Assembly: GCF_006345805.1 (NCBI RefSeq)
Contig: NC_042998.1
Coordinates: forward strand, 27,590,001 to 27,654,000
From: Octopus sinensis
Lineage: Eukaryota
Direction of reading: 5' to 3'
Length of the DNA: 64,000 nt
Shown: positions 49,421 to 62,100 of the stretch, piece after piece
Position numbering within the stretch: the first letter of the stretch is position 1
Layout of the letters: the number at the start of each line of letters is the position of its first letter
Translations under genes and position numbers: made by a program
The notes under the pieces: model-generated
The model's input: the letters and a program-made list of their open reading frames with translations, nothing else
Databases searched by the model: none
What the model was told of the DNA's origin: nothing

Positions 49421-50789
49421 TTATAAACTTATCCAGTTTGGTTGCGGATGTATTCAAGTTGATTGACAAAAAATACTTAGATGCTATTTATTTGAGTTAT
49501 CGTAAAATGATCCAAAGCCGGAAAGAATCCAAAGTTGTCCTGTTAAGGCTCTTTTCTCCTCAGAATGAAAGAACCTCATCAGTTCTTCTAATCCCTCCTT
49601 CCTCACTGATCTATGGACATCAACTTTCTACTGTAGGTACATGGCTATAATGAATTTAATGGAAGGCGTTAGTCAGTCATAACGACCCCCGGTACTTGAC
49701 ATTTATCATGAACAAATTGCTTGACAGCCCAGGGAAATATCCAGTAATTGAAAAACATCATTAAATAGAAATAAATATCGAAAATATTGAAGGAAAACTG
49801 CGTACGCAGCACTTGTAAAATTTATTACTGATAACCACAAATGATTAATGTAATACACACGTTCATGATATTCAATCTAACACCACGTGTAAACTGATTC
49901 CGTTCTTCACCACAGTATAAAACAATTATACATTATACAAATATGTAACGTATCGTTCAACTTAAAGCGAAGAAAAGGGGAACGAGCACTTTGAATGATA
50001 AATGGCGCATGCGTGCAAAACTTGACATCGCCCAAAGAATATAAGTCGGTATCTGGACGAATATGATATCAATCTTAACAAAGCGCCGGAATTTATTCTT
50101 CGAGTCTTGCAAATAAAACGAATAGAGAATTCAGGAATGGATTGGAGGGAAATATGTTTTTATTTGACGACTTTCGACCGCCCCTAAACTACGACAATGT
50201 ACTTGTATGAAATTTGAATTTAAATGTAACGCAAAGCCCCAGAAGAATGGTAAACTTTAAAAAGATATGCTTTCAAAATGAAAGAAATATCATTAATGTA
50301 AATAGATTTAAAAGAAAGAAAGATTACGAAACCAAAAGTAACAAAACAAGAGAAAAAAAATGGACTCACAGAAAAACCATTGAGAAAGTAAATAACGCAG
50401 ATAGAACTAGTAAGTACAAAACCAAACAAACCGAAATCTTAGAACATCTACAGAGTATAACTAACAAAAAACTAACAAAACTAGAAATGAAGAGAAATGA
50501 AAGAAAAATTAAGAATAGGAAACCATAACAATCTAAAGACAGAAATAATTCAATAATGGCAAAGAACAGAATATCTTTCAATGGACCAAAGTAAGAAATT
50601 CCCAACAATAAAAAATACAACCTCCACTCCGAGAAACTTGTAATTTATAGACTTAAAACAGACGCTATGTCATTATCATAAGGCTGAATAAGATAATATA
50701 TTCAACACCCACTGGTTCCGTTACTGTCTCTGCTTTTCCAGTTACTCAGGACAGGAAACCCTCAAGAGGATCTTATTGATATAAATGTA

Positions 50790-50996
50790 ATATGTTCCTG
50801 GCTTTAAGGGTGTCGCGAAAAGCCTGGTTGGACGCCCAACCTTCTGAGTTCTTTTATAGGGCTTAGAAAAGCTGAAGGACCGCTGCAATAAGTGTGTGAA
50901 TTTGAGAGGTGATATATGTTGAATAAAATCATAATTAATTGACCCTCCTGTATTTTCTTTTGCTCAAAGCCAGGAAGTTTTCAGTACCCCCTCATA
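50790..50996 (+). mobile_element. Mariner-derived MITE
   Basis: GTTCCTGGCTTT ... AAAGCCAGGAAGTTTTCAGTACCCCCTCA|TA; contains the mariner C-terminal remnant NKCVNLRG..YVE*. Confidence 0.7.
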
Positions 50997-52384
50997 GGAT
51001 ATCTACTCCGTATCATTTATTTCATTGCAATTTCCTGTACTATCAACAGGATACAGTACCGCAATTTCTCTATGGTCATCATACAATCCTATGTTGGTTT
51101 GTCTATTTCGACGTTTACAATCTGCCCGTATTGCATCACAAACGTAAAGACGCACCAAAGATGAATATTGTCACTAATAAGTATCGCTTACTTTGACTCT
51201 TGCGCTGCCTGTTCCCCACCACTATTGTGATACTAGCTTGTAGGCAGTTGCATAACACACTAGCTTTGTCTGTCTGTTTTCTTTTTTTAACTTTTACCTT
51301 TTGCTTTGAATAATTACGCTCATTGTTCCATTGTATCTTCCTCAAGCGACCGAGGATATGCTATTCCACACGTTTATCAAAACCTCTTGTAATTAATCTT
51401 TGCGAAGCATGATAAAAATCATAATGTCTATCGAGATGCAGAGGTAAATTATTTTCTCTTTAACGCTGTTCAATACGGGGCAAAGGTGCATCGTCCTTTA
51501 TCACGCAGCTTTTCCAAGCAGACTTTTTCTCCGACGGATAATCCAGACATAGAATCCAGTTACTCGAAATGGTACTTGTAATATTTTCTCTCGCGAAATT
51601 TACGCGGGGTCTAATTATAATGCCGCTCTTGTTGTTATCATTAACCGAGTCTTTAAAAATCTTCAGAATTGTTTTATGCCAGGAAATTCTTATTTGTTAC
51701 TTGCAACATAAATACATTTTTCCTTTTGCTTCTGTCTGTTGTCTGCAAAAAAAACAGACTTGTCTTCATGCGAAATTTTTTTGATGCTTTTAAATACTGC
51801 TTTGTTTGTTTACGACTATCAGAAGAGAATAATTACTCTGTCGCAAATTGAAGTATTTTTTTGTTTTTTTAATAAAAAAAATCCAAACGCGTAAGAATTA
51901 ATGCAATCAATTAAATTTGCATTGTCTCTCTATTTCGAAGTTCCGCTTTAAAAATGTTTTTCCATATAGTTTCATTAAGTAGAAATCCACCGTCTGGTAG
52001 AGCTAAAAGAAACACGTACAATAGCTAAGAATGTAATACTAATAATGATGTAGGCAATGATAATAACTCTTTCTAATCTAGACACAAGGCAGTAATTTTG
52101 TGGAGGGGGGGGGGTAGTTGATATCATTGACCAAGTGCTTGGTAAGTACTTAATTTTAGCAACAGGAATTGAGCTCAGATCGTAAAGTTCCGGAAGAAAC
52201 ACCACTAGGTATTTTGTCCCACATTCTCAGGATCCGTCTTACCATTTTATTATAAGAACAACAGTTTCATGTTTTGACATAAGGCCAGCAATTTTTGGAG
52301 AGTGGGGTAAGTCGGACCCAATACTCAACTGGCACTTATTTTATCGACCCTGGAAGGATGAAAGACAAAGTCGGACTTGGCGGA

Positions 52385-52416
<32 letters not shown>

Positions 52417-52454
52417 CAACAACAACGGTAACAACAAAAACAACAATAATAATG

Positions 52455-52980
52455 ATGTGGTACCAGTCAGTGGCTCTCATAGCTTCTGATCTTAACTGAT
52501 TGGAAGTGTTGTACATTGTTGTCTTGGTATAAAAGATAGGCTACAGCAAATATTCTGCTCAATACCACAGATTTGTTTGTCAGTTGTTTGACCTTAACCA
52601 GTTGAGCATGTCCCTTAGTGGCTGACGATATGTGCATCTCTGATCACGAGCAGAAGTAGGTGGGGGAACATCATAGCCATGTGCTGAGAGGAATTCTTTG
52701 GGGGTTTGAAGAATTAATCCCTGGAAACATGGATGTTTTGTTCATCATCCTTAAAACTTTATTCTAGAAACTTTTGATGGGCTATTTGACCTAAAGAAAA
52801 TTTTAACTGGTCCCCACCTACAAGGTCATGCGCTGTTTATCTTGATATGAGATCACCATGTCGTGCATATATGGTTGTGATGCATGTGCCCTTTTCAGAC
52901 AGGTAGTCATGATAGGTATATTTGGCTTCGTATATTTGTACCCCAGTGTCACTTTGATGGCATGCACTGCTCTCTCACTC

Positions 52981-52985
<5 letters not shown>
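52455..52985 (-). mobile_element. Interspersed repeat that I recall as common in octopus; class unassigned
   Basis: Recognised from memory only; single copy in this window, flanked by (AAT)n. Confidence 0.45.
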
Positions 52986-53014
<29 letters not shown>

Positions 53015-53044
53015 GTTTCAAATTTTAGCACAAGGCCAGTAATA

Positions 53045-53345
53045 ATAATCATCATCCAGGACTGAGTGATAAGATATGCCCATTGATAGACATTGCTGTC
53101 CCTCCTGACTAAAATATTGCTCTAAAAATGTGGAAAAACTAACAAAAAATACAAAGATATCAACATTGAAATCTTCAAGATGTGTGACACGACGTTAAAA
53201 CAATACAGTCATAATTGAAGCATTGGATATGGTAAAAAAAAACGTATGAACATAAATGTAGATGCCACCCCCAGACACACAACACTACACCTCTATCTAA
53301 AAAGTAGCTCTACTAGGAACATCCCACATCATAGGCAAGACACTG
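53045..53345 (+). mobile_element. R4/Dong-like LINE endonuclease C-terminus
   Basis: DKICPLIDIAVPPD*NIALK..KYKDINIEIFKM..VIIEALDMVKK..ALLGTSHII matches LID.AVP.D.NI..KE.EK..KY.DL..EI..ALLGTAHI. Confidence 0.85.
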
Positions 53346-53489
53346 GTAATTCAGCAGCACAACCTAAATAAAACAATCCACAAATATAAGATATAAACCA
53401 TGCTGCAAATGCCCAATAAAATAAACAGTTTCCACAACATGTTCGCTACAGGTTAGATACCCAAGAGAATAACACAAATCATATTCTTT

Positions 53490-54035
53490 TCTACTCTAGG
53501 CACAATGCCTCGAAATTTTTGGGGAGGAGGCCAGTCGATTAGATCGATTCCTGTACGCAACTGGTACTTGATCGACCCCAAAAGGATGAAAGGCAAAGTC
53601 AACCTCGGCGGAATTTGAACTCAGAACGTAACGGCAGACGAAATACCGCTAAGCATTTCACCCGGCGTGTTAACGCTTCTTATTTCTTTATTGCCCACCA
53701 GGGGCTAAACATAGAGAGGACAAACAAAGACAGACAAAGGGATTAAGTCGATTACATCGACCCCAGTGCGTAACTGGTAGTTAATTTATCGACCCCGAAA
53801 GGATGAAAGGCAAAGTCGACCTCGGTGGAATTTGAACTCAGAACGTAAAAACAGACGAAATACCTATTTCTTTACTACCCACAAGGGGCTACACACAGAG
53901 GGGACAAACAAGGACAGACAAACGGATTAAGTCGATTACATCGACCTCAGTGCGTAACTGGTACTTAATTTATCGACCTCGGCGGAATTTGAACAAGCAT
54001 TTCGCCCGGCGCGCTAGCGTTTCTGCCAGCTCGCG
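53490..54035 (-). mobile_element. Deu/Nin SINE multimer
   Basis: Family match with both junction types. Confidence 0.9.
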
Positions 54036-54354
54036 GCCTTTAACACAACGCATATTATACACACAGCAATGCAATACAAACACTAAGAAAACAAGAATAC
54101 ACACAATGCTACACACCCCTCTGGAACACGGAGGTAGGGCAGGTGATGCAGTAGGAAGCGATACTGTACAAGCCAGAAACTATCGAACAATAAGAACGAT
54201 GATGATGACTATAATGATGAATTCTCATTCAAACGCTTAGAAATTAGTTGTCATAGAACTGGTTAGATTTATATATCATACATACAAGATTTATATATCG
54301 TACATTAAACTGGTTAGATTTATATATCGTACATTTATATATCGTACATAAAAA

Positions 54355-54678
54355 AGGAGCACTCCGTCGGTTACGACGACGAGGGTCCCAGCTGATGCGA
54401 TCAACGGAACAGCCTGCTCGTGAAATTAACGTGCAAGTGACTGAGCAATCCACAGACACGTGTACCCTTAACGTAGTTCTCAGGGAGATTCAGCATGACA
54501 CAGTGTGACAAGGCCGGCCCTTTGAAATACAGGTACAACTCATTTTTGCCAGCTGAGTGGACTGGAGCAACGTGAAATAAAGTGTCTTGCTCAAGGACAC
54601 AACGCGTCGCTTGGAATCGAACTCACGACCTTACAATCGTGAGCTGAATGCCCTAACCACTAAGCCACGCGCTTTCAC
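54355..54678 (-). mobile_element. SINE head type D joined to tail X
   Basis: Head as at 28476; 3' ~190 bp as in the SINE at 3035-3420. Confidence 0.85.
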
Positions 54679-55701
54679 TATATCGTACATACATACACAC
54701 ACGTATATATCTTTTTTTTTATTTATAACTTTGTTATAAACTTTCTAATAAAGACAGACGATTACCTTTACTATGTGGCAATCATTTATCGCACATTTTA
54801 TTTCATTTGACCTATCGTATCTTCCGTACGTCCTTAATTATTCAACTACTGCCATTCAGATCAACACAAAAAAACCCATCAGTTTCAGTAATCTCATGCT
54901 ATCAATACTGGAACGCTAATATAGGTTATAGGCCAATCTTATTTCTCTGAAAATATAATATTAGCCATATGTTGCAACTGTGTCTTTAATTACTTGCTAT
55001 ATTGGTTCGGCTTACATACAATTAAATAGGCTTAATCATTTTATAATCATACAATGTAGCATTTTATCAGCTTTCAGTGCAGTGACAATCAACAGCAGCG
55101 CTTAGGGCACTTCCATTAAAACGCCCATCATTTTTCTATTCTCGAAGCAAAGACAACAAACGATATTCTATTTCCAATAAATTGCTTTGATCGAGCATTT
55201 TTATTTACGTTGGAAAATTGACTTATTAATTTCAAATTGCACCGAAATTATCTCTTAGAGATTTTACAATGTAATTGGATGTTGTTATAAAGGCCCTATG
55301 ATTTTTCGAATGTCAACACACGCACATAGACACGCGCGTGCACACACACACACATACATATATTAGCGAAATTGTTCGAACCTGTAAATGAAACAAATCA
55401 CCAATTGATAAATTCCTCATTCAATGTTTAGTAAGAAAAGTGTTTCTAATTGAATCTTTGTGAATTTTTCGTATTGTCAGGACACAGGAATTTCTCTGTG
55501 GTTAAAATGTTTACTTGGCTCCACATACTTCTGGGTTATGTTCTGGGCGGCACTATGAGTAAAATGCTTTCTTTTGTAGTCTCAATTTTTGTCACTCAAT
55601 TTTTGAGTTGAGAATTGTAGCAGGGAACTGTGAAAACCCATCGAAATAGTCTTTGTCTGTCTGTCTGACTGTCTCCTTCTCTCTTTCTCTTTATCCCCCT
55701 C

Positions 55702-55735
<34 letters not shown>

Positions 55736-55868
55736 TATGTACATAATTGTCCCTAGATACGCAGAAACGTATGAGTTCCCCGTAAGGCCTTTTAGACTAA
55801 CAAACACATCCTCTCTTTCTAACGTGTATTGAGTACTCATTCAAACTATGGTCTTCCCAATTCCATAC

Positions 55869-55905
<37 letters not shown>

Positions 55906-56006
55906 ATATATATATATGTAGTGAGAATTTGCAAAAAACAAAAGACGAAGACAGGTGTGTAAACAAGAAACAGGTGTATTAGTTTAACGCTCGAGAAGTG
56001 AGAAAA

Positions 56007-56045
56007 TCTTTTACGTTTCGAGCCTACGCTCTTCGACAGAAAAGA
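56007..56045 (-). ncRNA. Minimal hammerhead-like motif (A6>U), homolog of 24839-24874
   Basis: UCUUUU-CUGUCGA-A-GAGC[GUAG]GCUC-GAAA-CG-U-A-AAAGA. Confidence 0.55.
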
Positions 56046-56083
56046 ATACACAAATAAACAGGGAGAGAAAATAGAAAATATGT

Positions 56084-56125
<42 letters not shown>

Positions 56126-56184
56126 CGGGAAGCTTTATGAAAATAGACAAAAGACGAAGGCAGGTTTACGGAAATAAACAAAAG

Positions 56185-56241
<57 letters not shown>

Positions 56242-56329
56242 CATATTCATACACACACACACACACACACACACATATTAGAAAGGTTTGACGAATTTTC
56301 AATTTTTTTGTCTGTCTATATATCTGTAT

Positions 56330-56368
<39 letters not shown>

Positions 56369-56961
56369 TTTGTTTGTTTGTTTGTTTGTGTGTGTGTGTG
56401 TGTGTGTGTTGTGTGTGTGTGTGTGTCTTTAAATCAGAGTCAAATTTATGTGTAGCTTATTGAATATATCAATTCAGTATCAAACTGAAATAATTACTTC
56501 AGTCGATAAGATCGTCGAAACCAATAAAAGAAGTGAAGAACTGAATTGCTGAAACCAACTACGAGAACGATCGGAATAACTCACCGATCTAATCATTACT
56601 CAGAAATGGCGTGTCGCTTGTTAATTTACAATAAACATACTTTTTCTCATCGAGATAACAAAATGTAATTTTCTTAAAACGGAAAATATATTTGAAATTA
56701 CGCAATGCCTGTAATACACACACACACACACACACATGCAAAGGAAAAACGGATGAGATGAATACGGTTGAACGCTTTTGGTCATAGGGATTCTAAATTG
56801 CGGTGACGTAGCGCTAAATTATTTTTAAACTTTAGAATTAAGTACAGATTTTCCTTTTCAAAGAACAATTTGCTTGCAGTAAATCTAAAAGCAGGAACGT
56901 AGCAGACACAATGTTGAAAAATAAGCGAACTTAGCTATATTCAAGTTAAATTTAATGTATA

Positions 56962-57353
56962 TACTCTTTTACTCTTTTACTTGTTTCAGTCATTTGACTG
57001 CGGCCATGCTGGAGCACCGCCTTTAGTCGGGCAACTCGACCCCGGGACTTATTCTTTGTAAGCCCAGTACTTATTGTATCGGTCTCTTTTGCCGAACCGC
57101 TAGGTGACGGGGACATAAACACACCAGCATCGGTTGTCAAGCAATGCAAGGGGGACAAACACACACGCACACATATATATATATATACATATTATCGACG
57201 GGCTTCTTTCAGTTTCCACCTACCAAATCCACTCACAAGGCTTTGGTCGGCCCGAGGCTATAGTAGAAGACACTTGCCCAAAATGCCACGCAGTGGGACT
57301 GAACCCGGAACCATGTGGCTGCTAAGCAAACTACTTAACACACAGCCACTCCT
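56962..57353 (-). mobile_element. CORE-like SINE (head type B)
   Basis: Family match. Confidence 0.88.
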
Positions 57354-57710
57354 ATATTTGTGCTGGTATTTCGATGGTGTTCTTGTATTTAATGACCAAT
57401 GTTAATTAAGAATATTGCAGCATTTGTTCTCAATCAACTTGATTACAAATGTGTAACATCGATTTTTGAAACGTTAACCGTTAAATTCGAATAAACAGTA
57501 CCGTCGAAACAATCTCAAATTTGTAGGCAAGACAGAATGGGAGGCTGTAGTCTTCATGTTTTACCAAATGTATTTTCTGCTATAGGCACAAGCCTCAAAT
57601 TTTTGAAGAGGGGTAGGGGTAGTTTAATATCGATCACAGTACATGACTGGTATGAGTATTGAATTTATCCTAGTGGAATTCACTCAGATAAAATAATTAT
57701 TTATCACTTA

Positions 57711-57885
57711 TAGGCGCAGGAGTGGCTGTGTGGTAAGTAGCTTGCTAACCAACCACATAGTCCCGGGTTCAGTCTCACTGCGTGGCATCTTGGGCAGGTG
57801 TCTTCTGCTATAGCCCCGGGCCGACCAATGCCTTGTGAGTGGATTTGGTAGACGGAAACTGAAAGAAGCCTGTGGTATATATGTG

Positions 57886-57918
<33 letters not shown>

Positions 57919-58100
57919 GTTTGTGAGTCTGTGTTTGTCCCCCTAGCATTGCTTGACAACCGATGCTGGTGTGTTTACGTCCCCGTAACTTAGCGGTTCG
58001 GCAAAAGAGACCGATAGAATAAGTCCCAGGGTCGATTTGCTCGACTAAAGGCGGTGCTCCAGCATGGCCGCAGTCAAATGACTGGAACAAGTAAAAGAGA
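57711..58100 (+). mobile_element. CORE-like SINE (head type B)
   Basis: Family match. Confidence 0.88.
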
Positions 58101-58183
58101 TAAAAGAGAAAGAGATATAATTAAGGATGAAAGGGTGTTACAATCGAAAGTGAAGTTCAACGTAAATATTAATACAATAATAG

Positions 58184-58412
58184 GGCGGCGAGCTGGCAGA
58201 AACGTTAGCACGTCGGGCGAAATGCGTAGCCGTATTTCGTCTGCCGTTATGTTCTGAGTTCAAATTCCGCCGAGGTCGACTTTCCCTTTCATCCTTTCGG
58301 GGTCGATAAATTAAGTACCAGTTACACACTTGGGTCGATATAATCGACTTATTCTGTTTGTCTGTCCTTGTTTGTCCCCTCTGTGTTTAGCCCCTTGTGG
58401 GTAGTAAAGAAA
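58184..58412 (+). mobile_element. Deu/Nin SINE monomer
   Basis: Family match. Confidence 0.9.
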
Positions 58413-58859
58413 CAAATATTAATACAATAAATAAATGAGAATTTTTATTAAACTTGATTTTGAAGTTTAAACGGTGTCGATGTTTTTCAACCAAGGATAT
58501 TAAATTCGCAACAATTTTACGATTAAAACATCTCCAAAATATGATGGAATGTCCAGAACAACAAATCCAATGTGGTTTTTTTTATTTCGTTTGGACAGGT
58601 GTGGGGCTATGTGGTAAGGTGTTTGCTTGAAAATCACATGGTTCGGGGTTCAATCCAACCGTGTGAAATCTTGGGCAAGTGTCTTCTACTATAGCTTTGT
58701 GAGTGGATTTTGTAAACGGAAGTAAAAGAAGCCCATCGTACACACACGCACAACAACAACAACAACACACATACTCATACACATTTACGTCCCCGTAAAC
58801 TAGCAATTAAGAGACCGATACAATAACTATTAGGTTTAAAAAATAAATTGTTTTGTTTG

Positions 58860-59160
58860 TTTGTTCCTTCTCGAGCCATGAATAGCTCATAAGGGCCGGT
58901 TTCCCGGTTTCCTTGGCGTATAGGTTCCCCACCTGGACGGGACGCCAGTCTATCGCAATTAAGCTGCAAGATGCAGGCCGAAAGAGTGAGAGAAAGTTGT
59001 GGCGAAAGCGCCAGCAGAAGTTCGCCATTACCTTCTGCCGGAACTGCGTGGAGCTTAGGTGTTTCGCTCATAAACACACACATCGTCCGGTCTGAGATTC
59101 GAATCCGCGATCCCTCGATCGCGAGTCCGCTGCTCTAACCACTAGGCCATGTGCCTCCAC
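58860..59160 (-). mobile_element. SINE head type A, tail W
   Basis: Family match. Confidence 0.85.
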
Positions 59161-62100
59161 TAAAAAATAAGCACTGGAGTAAATGTATTCGACTAAAATT
59201 CATCGAGGCGGTGTGTCAGCATGGTCGCAGTCTAATGACTGAAACAAGTAAAAGATAAAAGATAGTGGAGTGTGATTTGAGAAAAATTTGGTTGTTATCT
59301 CTAGCAAAGAGTGTACTCACATAGGGACCGGTTCGAAATAAATCAGTAGAAAATACGGTGCTATTTGCCGCAAAATAAATGCAACGAAGCCGCTTGATCG
59401 TAGCTTCTTATCTATAGCAAATATTATTAAATTATATGTATGAGAGGAAATATATTCTTTGTAAGATTGATGTCTACCATTGGTTGGAAAAGAAAGCACT
59501 CCCAAGAAACCAATAGATCTAGTATTATCTGAATCCATTCTTAATCTGAATAGAATATAAACTAGATGGCTCTTTGGCTGAGAGTTTTGCTCCTGCTTAA
59601 AGAAGTTAAGAGATGAATAGAACTAGAGTATACAAGGCAATACTTACCAGAACATCTCATATACGACTTCGCAGGAAATAGAATTATATGTATAGAGTAT
59701 ATTTCCAGAGGGGAAAAATAGTTCCTATAATACATACTTTATTGTTTGGTAAGCACAAAGTTTGTATATTGAAAACCTCATGCCAAAAAAAAAAAAAGAT
59801 GGCTGCTGGAAATAATAATCAAATCTCCCTTAAATCTAATCATAACGAGTTAAAAAAAGGGGACGTTGATAATATATTAAATACATTAAGCATGAAAAAA
59901 AAAAGGATCTAGCTTTTGATCGTAAGTCTGACTTTGAGCTAAAATCAATAATGGCAGCATCTTTGGATCTGACCACAAGTTCTTGTAGTTTAGTTCTATT
60001 TCAATTCTGACGAAGCTAGTTTATGCTCAAAGACATTCCAGCCGCGACCATCTTGTATTTTTTTTTAGATGTATAGGATTAATTAGTTTTATATATTTTC
60101 CCACTTTTAAGTCAGTAGCGTGTGATTGAGGAAGATTTAACTTCTATTTTTAGCAGGTCGTGAAACTACGTACATCCAACCTTAGTGGCTCGTTGTCACT
60201 ATCTAATGAATAATTGTCAAATCATACATGGAAGACGTTCGTATGGAAATTGGTAAACGAATGAACAATACGATTAAATATCGAGGCAAAAAATGTATAA
60301 GGGAATGTTATTTTTTTTTTATTTATGCGCCATTTTCAAGCCTAGGTGTTTCGCTCATAAACACACACATCGCCCGGTCTGGGATTCGAACCCGCGATCC
60401 CTCGATCGCGAGTCCGCTGCTCTAACCACTAGGCCATGTGCCTCCACTAAAAAATAAGCACTGGAGTAAATGTATTCGACTAAAAATTCATCGAGGCGGT
60501 GTGTCAGCATGGTCGCAGTCTAATGACTGAAACAAGTAAAAGATAAAAGATAGTGGAGTGTGATTTGAGAAAAATTTGGTTGTTATCTCTAGCAAAAAGT
60601 GTACTCACATAGGGACCGGTTCGAAATAAATCAGTAGAAAATACGGTGCTATTTGCCGCAAAATAAATGCAACGAAGCTGCTTGATCGTAGCTTCTTATC
60701 TATAGCAAATATTATTAAATTATATGTATGAGAGGAATATATTCTTTGTAAGATTGATGTCTACCATTGGTTGGAAAAGAAAGCACTCCCAAGAAACCAA
60801 TAGATCTAGTATTATCTGAATCCATTCTTAATCTGAATAGAATATAAACTAGATGGCTCTTTGGCTGAGAGTTTTGCTCCTGCTTAAAGAAGTTAAGAGA
60901 TGAATAGAACTAGAGTATACAAGGCAATACTTACCAGAACATCTCATATACGACTTCGCAGGAAATAGAATTATATGTATAGAGTATATTTCCAGAGGGG
61001 AAAAATAGTTCCTATAATACATACTTTATTGTTTGGTAAGCACAAAGTTTGTATATTGAAAACCTCATGCCAAAAAAAAAAAAAGATGGCTGCTGGAAAT
61101 AATAATCAAATCTCCCTTAAATCTAATCATAACGAGTTAAAAAAAGGGGACGTTGATAATATATTAAATACATTAAGCATGAAAAAAAAAGGATCTAGCT
61201 TTTGATCGTAAGTCTGACTTTGAGCTAAAATCAATAATGGCAGCATCTTTGGATCTGACCACAGTTCTTGTAGTTTAGTTCTATTTCAATTCTGACGAAG
61301 CTAGTTTATGCTCAAAGACATTCCAGCCGCGACCATCTTGTATTTTTTTTTAGATGTATAGGATTAATTAGTTTTATATATTTTCCCACTTTTAAGTCAG
61401 TAGCGTGTGATTTGAGGAAGATTTAACTTCTATTTTTAGCAGGTCGTGAAACTACGTACATCCAACCTTAGTGGCTCGTTGTCACTATCTAATGAATAAT
61501 TGTCAAATCATACATGGAAGACGTTCGTATGGAAATTGGTAAACGAATGAACAATACGATTAAATATCGAGGCAAAAAATGTATAAGGGAATGTTATTTT
61601 TTTTTTATTTATGCGCCATTTTCAAGCCTAGGTGTTTCGCTCATAAACACACACATCGCCCGGTCTGGGATTCGAACCCGCGATCCCTCGATCGCGAGTC
61701 CGCTGCTCTAACCACTAGGCCATGTGCCTCCACTAAAAAATAAGCACTGGAGTAAATGTATTCGACTAAAAATTCATCGAGGCGGTGTGTGTCAGCATGG
61801 TCGCAGTCTAATGACTGAAACAAGTAAAAGATAAAAGATAGTGGAGTGTGATTTGAGAAAAATTTGGTTGTTATCTCTAGCAAAAAGTGTACTCACATAG
61901 GGACCGGTTCGAAATAAATCAGTAGAAAATACGGTGCTATTTGCCGCAAAATAAATGCAACGAAGCTGCTTGATCGTAGCTTCTTATCTATAGCAAATAT
62001 TATTAAATTATATGTATGAGAGGAAATATATTCTTTGTAAGATTGATGTCTACCATTGGTTGGAAAAGAAAGCACTCCCAAGAAACCAATAGATCTAGTA

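Noticed and set aside
50700-50760. Minus-strand CTGAGTA-ACTG..CAGT-AACGGAA motif
   Set aside because: The core deviates at several invariant positions and extra bases precede the GAAA-like box.
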